DNA of 64,000 bases from positions 7,750,001-7,814,000 of the forward strand of contig NC_043015.1 in NCBI RefSeq assembly GCF_006345805.1. The letters are read 5' to 3'. Under the pieces are notes generated by a model, which worked only from the letters and a program-made list of their open reading frames with translations, was not told the origin of the DNA and did not search any database. How positions within the stretch are numbered: position 1 is the stretch's first letter; each line of letters begins with the position of its first letter. The translations under genes and the position numbers were made by a program. Below, in pieces: positions 27,173-38,713 of the stretch. The stretch comes from Octopus sinensis (Eukaryota).

Positions 27173-28040
27173 GCAATATTATACGCGCATCTTGCATCTT
27201 CTGTGTTCATACTTGAGACATTACACTACGGCTTGCATAAGGATTTTACAGATGACACATTTTTTATTGTAAACACATGTTCCATGAAAGACATAAGATG
27301 TCCCATTGCAAGATTAAACGTGTTAAATCTAATAACAATGGCATTTTTTTACCTCTGTATAAATCTACAGTATCGGACGTTACAAAAACATGTTATCAAC
27401 TTCTGTGGCAAACACGGTGGATAAATGACGAAATAAATATTTTCTGATTTTATCAGATTCCGACAGGTTCTGCATTCATGTTCGCGATGCTTTTCATCAC
27501 AAACAGATTCTTTTAATAGATAGAATTAATATTAAGTTTTCCTTTGTCTCTATGTATCTACCAAACTCTACGTTCTCTTTCATTCAAGTGGAGTTTCGCT
27601 TTACAATTGTTGTTTTGTTCATAATGACATTACACTAGTGTCATAGAATTCTCCGTATTGCCTTACAGACTTGGGCTCATATAGAATCAATGAACTTTCG
27701 ATCGTCTTTGACGGTTTTGTCCATACAAGCAAACTAGCTTTAAATCCTTTCATCCGATTGTCTATTCTAGCATTCATTTCCGGATTTAATAGCATAAGAA
27801 TTCGATAATTTCCTTCAATGATCTACGTTCAAGTCGCATTTTATATGCACTTTCATCTCCTAGTGTAGTTATTGTTATTTCTCTCCATTTTTATTTAGCC
27901 AACAGCAAATCATTCTGGTTCTTCAACTGATAACAAAAATACAGAAGTTTCTAAAGACGCTTGTCTCGAAGAAATTATTTAATTCTTCTATCATGTTTTC
28001 AATAACGTTTTTATTCACCAATGCAAAGAATGATAAAACT
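27173..28040. repeat. Diverged direct duplication, copy 2
   Basis: See copy 1. Confidence 0.8.
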
Positions 28041-28441
28041 TACACATTTATACAAACATACATACATGCATGTATACATACGTAGATACGTACATACTTA
28101 TATATATTTACATATTTCAAGATGGAGTTGCCATCATATCTCTTACATACATAAAAAGCGATTTTAGCCGTGTATAATGAAATTTAGAAGCTCTCTCAAA
28201 CACAAAGACACACACGCATATATGCAAGTGCAGGCACTTTGTTTTGTGGCTAGGTTGATGGGCTGAAGATCCTTGTGCTGTATGTTCGATTCACAAAGGA
28301 GTTGCATTCTGTTAATTATCAATTATTCCAGTAGTATTTTGTGGTTATTCGACGATTATTTGTTGTCTAGTTCTGAGATTAGAAATCACTAGAATCACTT
28401 ATGTGATGGACCCTATGTCCAAGCTTAATGATATATATATA

Positions 28442-28475
<34 letters not shown>

Positions 28476-31361
28476 TACACTATAAGTGAGATCTTTTTTA
28501 TTAATTTTGAATATTGAAATCGAACTATAACTATATAAATGCTTGAAACAACTTGTACAACATACAAGATTTTTTCATTTAATTTCCTGATATTAATTAA
28601 ATGAAATCCGGTTATATTATCTTTTACTTGAACAACCAAAAGCTTTTCGATAATATTAGGTGTCAGGAATTCATTTCCCATACGTAATAACCGCTTTACT
28701 ATATCGACATATATTATTAACATTCAAGACACCTTGTGTTTACAGTGTAAAGGGATCCCAGTATGTACCCTAAGGTGTAAAGAAATTGAGGTATTTTCAG
28801 TGTAGCATTTAACTCCTGCTCGGGGTTATCTGCATTCTTGCATTTTGCTGGCGAAGAAAGAACTTTCAGAACACCTAAGGATAAAATATACTCCAAATAT
28901 GACAGACTTTAGGAACTCTGCTATTCTTATGCCTTCCTACGCAGGAAATTCATTTGAAAGTTACGTAATAACTGCGGTTTAAGTAATTTATTTATGACGC
29001 TGGACAGCCTCAAAATGCTACAGTACACATTTTCATCATATTCTGATGAAGTGATAACCTAATGTTACATAAAGTTTTACACGAAACATTTTTACATAAT
29101 GTCGTTAAAAACAAAATGGTACCGTAACAACAGTAATAGGTTATTAAAAATATAGTAACTTCTATTTTGTTTTCGTATATATGTATATATATATATATAT
29201 ATATATGACACTCTGAGAAACCATCGGAGAAAAGGGAACTCACTCTAATAGTTAGAGAAGGAAAAAAAGAAAACCATAAAAAATACACGCAATCATATTC
29301 TCACAATATATAGACATAAACTTCCTGGGTTCACGTCTACATGCTTACAAACTCACACAAATATCTATGCGTATGTACGTACTCATAGTAGCACACACAT
29401 TCAAACATACACGCATCATGTGTGTATCTATATATATGTGTGTGTGTGTGCGTGTACGTAACCTTATCGTCATATACACAGCTGTTTATATTGATACACA
29501 TAACATAATACATATATATATATAGACATACAATCACATTCCCGCATATATATATATATATATATACACGTGTATTTTCCCCTTTTTTTTTCGTTTCTAC
29601 CTATTAGAATAACTTCCCTTTTATTCAACGGTTTTTCAAAGCGTTCTTTAATAGTCGGCGAGAATGCATCGTAGCTCTTTGCTCCGACATTTGAAACTCC
29701 GTGCACTATAATGACAACTTTTTACTGTTTATTCTAAATTATGACACATCGACACGCTCTCTCTCCCTGTCTCACACACACACACATACATATATACATA
29801 TATATATTTATCTCAAAAGTTAGACACGGAAGGAAGAAACGAAAACTGGGGCAAAACATATAGAACAGAAAAAGGAGACAAAAACACGATACAAGGGACA
29901 TTCGCAGTTGGTTATATATATATGTATAATTGAGGGATAGAGAGAGAGAGAGAGAGAGAGGGGGGGATACAAAGAAAGACAGAAAGAAAGAATGAAAAAC
30001 GAAAGAAAGAATTGAATTGATAGATACACATATGTGTATCTATTCCATTCTTTCTTTTTCATTTATTCTTTCTTTCTCTTTCTCATACAAACATGCATAT
30101 ATACATGCAAATTGAAATAGACAGGTAAACAACCTTTGTGGATATGCTAAATGCATCTGTGAGTTTTTAAGTCAAGGTGATTGTTATGTATATTGTTTTG
30201 ATTTGTTTAACCGCACCGTTATCTTTGTTTCTGTTACACCCTCATGTGAATGTTTGTAACAAGATACAACTATATCTCTTCGCATTCAAGACAACCGCTG
30301 TGTTCCTCTCTTTTCATCTAGAAGCAAATGCTGAATTGAACAATGTTTCTTTGTCAAGAAAGATATATTTAAAAACATAATCTGTTTTTGTAACTCTCTA
30401 TTCATGCTGAACAAACGCGGCATGATTTGTTTGAACAAATCTTTAAGTATTATTGAGACGAAAAATATAATTCCAAGTCATGTCATAAATTATGCGAGTT
30501 AATTGAAAAAAAATACAGTAGAAAAGTAATATATAAATCTGCAAACATGATAAGAATTTATTACAAAGAACATTATATGGTGTATAATTTTTGTATCTAT
30601 AAAGCAATGTTACATTATATTATTTTTGGCAAAATATTTTGTTTGAGGTTTGTTTGTATGTATAACTATCGTTTATCGATAAATAAATAAATATGAAATA
30701 TGCTATTGTAGAAGAGGTATGATATGAATAATAAAATGTCAAACCTATGCTTTATACTAACAATGGAAAGAATTGATTTCACGTTTAAAGAATATAAGAG
30801 ATCTAATATATTTCTTTGAATTTAGGTAAACGTGCACCAGCAAAATATTATAATATCAAAATAAGAAACTAGAATGGAGCTTCTCTGAAATGCTTCATTT
30901 TATTCACATTAATTTTTGTATACAGTGTACAGATGGACAAATGTACAGTAAGTTCATTTTTAAAAAGCAAAGATGTCAGCCATAGTTTCAAGGAGATATC
31001 TCTCTATGTCTAAGATATATATCGTATAGGGAAAGAAATCAAAATGTAAAATCTAGTAATTCCATGCCTTTGTAAAGAACATACACGAAGATACGGTGAC
31101 ACGGGCAAGTATTTCCCATTGATTGTGCATTTTATTACAGGTATACTGCAGATTCTGCTCATTGGTCCACGTAAAAGCCCTGGATTGTGTCCATGGGAAA
31201 GCCCTGGATTAACTCCTGATATCCAATTCCCGTTTACAGATTTATATTCTTTTCCCTACAAACATTAGAGTACTTATTGGTACCTTAACTATCGCCGGAT
31301 CAAAGTAGAAAATATATTATATTAGTTATTTCTATTTTTCGATAGCACAGATCAACAAAAA

Positions 31362-31903
31362 ATTATATCGGAAAGTTCATAAACGTTGAGGATAAAAAGG
31401 ATTCTCACGCCTGTCTCTACTCTTCAAATGATCATATTTTCCTCAAATACTGTCATCTATATATTCACCTCACTATGAACAAAACTGTTATCCTAATCAT
31501 TTTACTATAATAAACTGTTTAAAACATAACTGTTCTTTTCCCAAATTATTGCGGAAATTTTCATGAACGTGCTCAATCAAAGGGTTTCTCTACTCTTGTA
31601 ATAATCATATTTTTCTTAAATACTTTCACCTATATATTCGAATAACTAAGCACATAACTGTTATACTTATTTTGTTACTATAATAACTATTTGAAAATTA
31701 ACAGTTCCTTTTCCACATTATTTGGGAACTTTTTAATGAACGTGTAGAATATAAAGCTTTCCGACACCAGTAATTACTCCTCTAATAAACATATATTTGT
31801 CGAATACTTTTACCTAGGCATATAATGGAATCCCTATCAACATAACTGTTACCCTAATTATGTTACGATAATAACTATTTGGACACTAACAGTTCCCTCT
31901 CCA
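31362..31903. repeat. Three tandem diverged copies of a ~172-186-bp unit
   Basis: Units start attat..cggaaa / attattgcggaaa / attatttgggaac at ~31362, 31545 and 31717. They share aatact...ctat, aactgtta and ataa(ta)act...taac.gttc motifs. Confidence 0.85.
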
Positions 31904-33000
31904 GTGTATGTTGACTCAGGCAAGTCAAAAACATTTTTGTTTGGTAGCGTAAATGTAAATGCAAAAATATTAGAATCTCTGAACAGTATGAAAGAAAACT
32001 CAGCAGGTGGTACTGGCATATATTTGGTATTGACATATATTATAGGCACACTTCCTCTGTCTTCTTCCAGCGAATTGAATTTGCCTGTGTTTCTCCCCCT
32101 CTTAACTTCGCCCGTTCTCAATCAAACTGTTTTTCTTATTCTCTCACTCTCTCAGACTGCGTAGAAAAAGCGCCTAAGGATATACCGTAAATAGAATAGT
32201 CAAATTAATTGAAGTAAAACATGGTTTAGAAAAACAAGTTTTCTACAAGATTTGAAGAACATAACAGAAAATAATTTCTAGAGATGAAAAATTGATTATA
32301 TTTTCCCACTGAACAACAGTGGTGAATGACACTGAACAACAATTATTCTACTGAAGTAATTGCTGATGTTTAGCCCAGTTTCAACATCAACTAGGCAGAC
32401 TTGTACTGAAAGTTATATCAACGATGGCCATAATTTTTTTTATATATTTGTGCTGTAAGAAAACTTAAACCCCATTATTCAGCAGGTCCTTTTCGACGAA
32501 TGTAAGAGGTTGGATGAACGAAACTCTGGCTGACTGCTAGTTCTAGAATGACATAGCTATGTATAGTAATTAGATTGCTGATTAGACACATGATTGAATA
32601 TGTGCATAAGGCTTTTGTATACAGAGTAAAGAATTTAACTTTCAATTCATGTTGCAGGAAAGAATTTCCATACGCTTTATTAATAGGGGCATCACCACTT
32701 ACTCAGATTAACATAAGATCCAAGTATTCCATAGACATCATGTAGCTCCTTAAACAACGGAACAACATGCTTTAGTTCTAGGTAGTACTTGATTATAAAG
32801 TAGGAATAATAAGTAAATTAATAAGTAGGAATTGCCCCGGAGTTTAACTAAACAGTACAAAAGCGCAATACTTAATAATAAATGATAGATGAAAAATGTC
32901 TCAACAATTAATTAAATCTATGGTATTACATAAGCCTCATATATGATATCATCGGATACGATAGCTTCCATTATTCATGTCCTAGGAGTATTATGAAACG

Positions 33001-33038
<38 letters not shown>

Positions 33039-34030
33039 TCCGAGAGATATTCATATACAAGGCTTGTGTTAAGTATAAAGAGAAAATTAGGTATTATGTC
33101 TTTTCACTTAATAAGAACTCATTAATTCAGCGCATTTAAGGTCAATCATATATATATTTTACGTGTTTTTTATCTATGTGTTGGTTCGTATGTGTATGTT
33201 TGTCTGTTGGTGTGTGTTTGTATGTATCCCTATATGCATGTATACTCACACGCATATGGTGTTTCATTAGGGGAGTTTAATTCTGATTTCAGCAATTTTA
33301 TTATATGCTTGTAATTTTCAGAAGTGCCTTTCTGATTTATTTTATAGCAAATTATAAACGATATATTAGGAGAATGCATTAAACTATCCTTGTGATGAAT
33401 TAATTACGCCTTATCTTTGACTAATCATTAAATAATCATAACATCTATATCATGTTCTATTATGTGCTACACTAAGAATTCTGTAATAATTTATGATATA
33501 TCAGAAACTCAAGCAGATTGTGCCATCATATAAAGAGATTTATGCATGTCTGTTGAAAACAACAGTAATAATTCTCTTCGCATATAAGTAATAAAGACAA
33601 GCGTAAGTTGACATTATATTGTTTTATCATCATGTAAATTCGATATAAACATAAATGTAAATATTTGGGGGAAATGGAGAAAGAGAACAGTGAGCCTAGA
33701 AACCAGGGCATTATCTAAATGTTCTAGCTTTGTATGTCTACTGCATGTTGAGATTGCTATGAATACTTGCGTCTTTAAGCTCGTTGAACTCTGGCGAAGT
33801 TAAAGTGCAAAGAAAACTATGTTGCTTTTAAACAGCGGAATTTTCTGACTATTTGAAGAAGAATAAGTCGATTAAACTTTCCACAAAATATTACTGGTAT
33901 TACAGTAACAATCGCAGGAGAAGTATAAAGCGAAGTCGTTCCCGGAGATATATTTTATGGGAAAATATTACAAGATAAATTTGAGACAGCAGTGTCATCT
34001 CAAAGAAAACAAAAAAGAAAGAAAGAAAAA

Positions 34031-34061
<31 letters not shown>

Positions 34062-34900
34062 AAAGTCACTGATTTAAATGATAACTGCTGCAAGGATTGG
34101 TTAATTCTGGGTCAATTATCACCAACTTAAATTTGTTTCAGAATACACATGAGCAAGCGCATTCCAGCAGCGACTATCCCGTGCTTTCTTTACTCATAGA
34201 CAGAAACCAAGAGCTCATTATTCATTGTGTTCATTTCCTAAAAAAGAACATGATTGAATGTGAAATTATTGAAATTAAATTTCGATTTCTAGATAGACCA
34301 AGTGACAACACAAAGACTCCTTCGCTGTCTCGGTAAACGACACTATTCTAATTCGGTATATCTTATTCGGTATATCTTATTATTCTGTGGAAACATTGCT
34401 TATTTACTTACTTTGCGTGTTTTTGCCATAAATAAAATTTCACCACAATCGTTGATTAGAATGTGAGCTACAGATATGATATTTAGCCTAGTTAAGAAAT
34501 AATATATCTAATGCCCTCGTTTTCCTTGTTTGCCGAGAGACTTATGAATCCTTTGTAATATGGGTATGCATGTAAGAATGCACACACAAAAGTATTCTAG
34601 CATTGGATTCATACCCTTCACTGGAATAGAAAAAACGTATTTATCAATTGGTATGAAGTAGAATAAACAATAACACACATTTAACGTCTTAAGCGGTGCT
34701 CAAAATGTAACTCAGCAATGTGTTGATGGAAGTATATCTTTCAGCAGCTGATCAACAAAACTATATTATTGGTTTCTGTTGATGAAGCCTTTGCAGATAT
34801 ATTCTATTTTAGTTTGATAGAGATACGTATTTGCTTTTAATAACACCTATGTCGAATTACTGACTGTATACTCCATCGCTAACATACGTTTTCTCTACAG

Positions 34901-34924
34901 GAACCGGGAAAACATCTAAAGATG
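34901..34924 (+). other. Candidate 24-nt microexon (GTGKTSKD in phase 1, or EPGKHLKM in phase 0)
   Basis: Branch point gctaac, pyrimidine tract and cag (cgctaacatacgttttctctacag|), followed by donor |gtaatc. Length is a multiple of 3. Confidence 0.2.
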
Positions 34925-35177
34925 GTAATCTATGTCTTCTTGTAGAGGTTTAAAATCTATTGAATAAATAATAACTTCACGCCATTTGGGTATAATTTTT
35001 TTTAATATTTATACAATTCTCTGCAACAATTTAGCACATCTCGAACTATTCCCATTTTGCGGGTGTCATAACTTTATTATATTATTTAATTCTGTATATT
35101 TTCCACTCTTATGGCTAAGATGCGCTGTCAACATCGGAAAAAAACGAAAAGTGTTGACCCTATACATTATTCTCAAC

Positions 35178-35522
35178 TGTAGTCGTTGGCTCCGTGGTTA
35201 GGTCATCGGGCTCAAAACCATGAGGTGGTGAGTTTGATTCCCGGAACGAGCAGTATGTTGTGTTCTTGAGCAAGACACATTCTGTCACGTTGCTCCAGTT
35301 CCTTTAGCTGTAGAAATGAGTTGCGACGTTACTGGTGCCAAGCTGTATCAGTCTTAGCCTTTCTCTTGGATAACATCGGTGACATAAAGAGGGGATACTG
35401 GTATGCATGGTAACTGCTGGTCTACCGTAGAAACACTTTTCCGGACGTGTGCCTCGGAGGGGAACTTTCTAGGCGCAATAAAATGGTCATTCATGACCAA
35501 AGGAGATCTTTACCCATTTTTA
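35178..35522 (+). mobile_element. tRNA-derived SINE with CORE/Meta-like domain
   Basis: gttggctccgtggttagg...gagtttgattccc...tgtgttcttgagcaagacac...cacgttgctccagt...aaatgagt, similar to the 7795 copy. Confidence 0.8.
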
Positions 35523-35904
35523 CGCCTGGAATAGCTTAGCTAATAATTTTGGTGGAATAAGCGAAGTATTTGTAATCAACGCCAATGTCGAAATTGTTGT
35601 TAATGCTATATCTTAGGCGAAAGTTGTCAAATAATAGATGACAATGGAAACCTATCGTTAACATTTTCTGTTATTTCCTTTGTATTATCTAATTATCTAC
35701 TTTATCTAATTGTAAATGCATTGGGAAAATCGTTAGAGCTTATTTAAAAATGCGAGCAGGATATAGTTAATATCTTTTATACTTCGATTTTTAATACCGG
35801 TAAGAGCAATATTGGTTTCTACCTTTAGTGTCATAAGAATATTGTTCCAAATAACTACAGGAGTTGTTTTGTATTTCTATTAATATCTCTGTATTTCAGC
35901 TAAA

Positions 35905-36101
35905 ATCAAATGTTGGTACAAAACCATCAATTCTAGAAGAATGTTTAAGTTGATGTCTTGGACACCAGTTATCGACTGGTACGTATTTTAAGCGACGAGA
36001 AAGGAGGAAATGTAAAGACGAATTTGAACTCCGAAAGTAAAGGCTGATGAAATGCCGCTAAGCATTTTGTCGGGCTTGCTGACAATTCTCAGAGCTCGCC
36101 A
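35905..36101 (-). mobile_element. Nin-domain-like SINE
   Basis: gaatttgaactccgaaagtaaag...gaaatgccgctaagcattttgtcggg...agctcgcc is the reverse complement of the family head. Confidence 0.75.
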
Positions 36102-36692
36102 CGTCCATGGTAAAGTAAATAATATGATGTGAGATACAGGGATTAAAGTATCTTTCATTTTAAAAAGCAGTAGAGAATGATACCAGAAACATTTGACTGC
36201 TATTTCTAGTAATGAGAGATTCTACATAGGTACTGTTTTGCACTTAACTGTATATTGAGATGGTTTTAAATTACAGCTGTTATCCTAATCACCAGCATTT
36301 CTTAAGTTTAAATACCTCCGTAGGGAAACATTCCTCTGAACAACGTAGTAATTTTTTTTTTTTAATTCTATATTTGTTGTTGTTACTTAGAACGTATCTA
36401 TTACAAAGATTATATAAATAGGTACACTAAATCTGGATAGAATCACAGGTCTCAATTAGTTCATTGTGGGACAGAAGCTGTCAATATTTCTTTTTATACA
36501 TTGAGCAGCTGATTCATATTCGATCTCGTCTTGGGAGTTTCAGTATAATACATACTGCTGAAACTAGAACTCCAAATGCACACAATTATTTGCATTTACG
36601 AACGTATACATGTGTTCATTGATGGGGGTTCCTAAGCATCTATCTATATATCTATCTATCTGTCAGTCTCTGTCTCTCTCCCCATCTCTCTA

Positions 36693-36744
<52 letters not shown>

Positions 36745-37906
36745 ATGTGTGTGTGTGTGTATGCGTCTGTGGTTATGAGTTCAGGCAAGGCACTATCACG
36801 CTTACACATATTCACATGCACAAATTCTTGGGTGTTGGTGCCACGCTTACTTACAGTTGTATGTATCTATGAAGAATCCGGATGTACAGAGTAGAGTTGA
36901 ATAATGGAAGCGAGGGAAACAATAAAACATAAGCTAGGAAAAGAGATAAAAGAGGAAAGGAAGAAGTTAAAACGAAAAATGTGCAAGCAAACCTCACCTA
37001 TCCCTCTGAACCAATAAACTTTACACCTCTTGTGAATTTCAAAACGTACAAGTGGCTATATTTATAGCCTTAATATCTCAGTAAACATATGGAAATATAT
37101 TTGATTATATAATCATTGTTAAATCCGGTTGGATGCAGATAAATATCTTTATTTTAAGACATATCCAAATTTAATATATGATATATGCACACATGTGTGT
37201 GTGAGCGCACAAGCGCCTGTGTTTTTATATATGTCTATATTTATATATAGATATAAATATAAGAATTAATTTCCGATCGTTTATGTGATCCGAAATAGAA
37301 TATATTATATTTCATTGTCAGTAATATTCTTGTATAAACGAACAGCTGTAACGTTTCAGAAACTTTAAGAAGCCGAAGTAAATATTTTCTGAAGTTTCTT
37401 TACGTTCTGTTTTCACCTCATCACCCAGAACAACTTTATATCATTCCCCCTCCCTATACTATGTACAAAATAGCTATAAGTCAAGTACTTGGCTGATTTA
37501 AAACGCCTGGACGCATTTCCCCAAAGATGTAGCTTGGATAATTAGTTTAAACCATACGAAATATATAATCTCGTTTCTTACTAGCAACAACTAGAATGAT
37601 TTGGATGTAATCATTGTTCAAATCAAATCAAAGTTGCCTTTAGGTGGTTATGTGACCGGCTAGCTATAACAACCAGAGTTTTATCAGATCGAATCCTACT
37701 GCCTTCTGAAAGAAATGACACATTGGATAACTTATCAATGCAGTGCTTACGAGTACAAAGTTTGCTAGTATAAAACAAAAATAAAAAGAGAATATGATTA
37801 GTCATTGGCGCCAAAACAACGACTATATAAGATTTTCATTGTACTCACACACATACACAGATGCACATCTATGAATGTATGTGTATAATATATATATATA
37901 TATATA

Positions 37907-38297
37907 CAATAATAAATATCTGAACGAGGTATAGACAGTAACTGCACGACAATGTGAAGTATATTTATTATGTGAAATATATGTATTATTGCTTGTATAC
38001 ACTTTTACAAGATCAGTGACGAAAAGTCACTGGTAAAAGGATATAAATATTTCCATTGGGACCCTTCCATCGAAAACCGGTGATTGTCGTGCGCTGATGA
38101 CGGATAAATACCCAGAAACTGCAGTCCGTGCGTATCACTTAGGTTGGCGAGGGAAGGATGACCTCCCTTTGCAAATACCGATAGGGCACAGAAAGTGTGT
38201 CAATAGCCAGCTGGAGAAGATGTTCTCCTGTGGCTACAAGCTTCAGTAACATCCACCCTTAGTGGTTAGCCATATTGAGATGGCAAATATTCTTTTA
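37907..38297 (+). mobile_element. Structured hammerhead-containing element inserted in (TA)n (Penelope pLTR- or retrozyme-like)
   Basis: GC-richer island bounded by (TA)n on both sides. It carries a type I hammerhead core plus independent hairpins (cagtgac/gtcactg 38014-38032; tagcca..ggagaa/ttctcc..tggcta ~38204-38237; gccat/atggc). The family assignment is inference. Confidence 0.55.
38063..38157 (+). ncRNA. Minimal type I hammerhead ribozyme, stem II partly decayed
   Basis: CTGATGA (38094-38100), stem II cggat-aaat-accca, GAAA (38115-38118), palindromic stem III actgcagt, and GTC cleavage triplet (38124-38126). Stem I cgtgcg/cgtgcg (two G-U pairs) is extended by gtgat/atcac, aacc/ggtt, tcg/cga and ccttcc/ggaagg. 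Confidence 0.75.
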
Positions 38298-38670
38298 TAT
38301 ATATATATATATGAAAGAGAGGAGGGCGAGACTGTTTGGAGTGGAGTATAGATTTTAAATAAGGAAAAAGTGATGGTCAACATTCGCAAAAAAATCATGA
38401 ATTTACCTCTTTCGTCCTTTTCATGAATGCATGACAAACATGGAAGCGGTAAATACATAGTTTTTTCCAAATCTTCACTACCTCCTCTTTCGTAGCCCGC
38501 CTCTGAACGTGTGTTGCCTTCTTTAGCAATTATATATAATTTAACTATTACATAATAAATAGACATTACTACCCTGCCCTACTTCTTATTTGAATAACGT
38601 ACGCGTATCAACTTCCATAATTACATCTCTAACATGTAGACATATAAATGATAATTATTTCCATATTCAC

Positions 38671-38713
38671 CTCGGCATTATCAGGTGAAACTTGATGCCT
38701 TGAATCACTCATG
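38671..38713 (-). CDS. Candidate first coding exon (MSDSRHQVSPDNAE), product unknown
   Basis: Minus strand reads catcaattttctag|C ATG AGT...GCC GAG|gtgaat. Good acceptor and donor, ATG one base into the exon, phase 0 end. No homology recognised. Confidence 0.25.

Noticed and set aside
31362-31903. Regularly spaced repeats as a CRISPR-like array
   Set aside because: Whole units are homologous, with no unique spacers and no cas genes; eukaryotic context.
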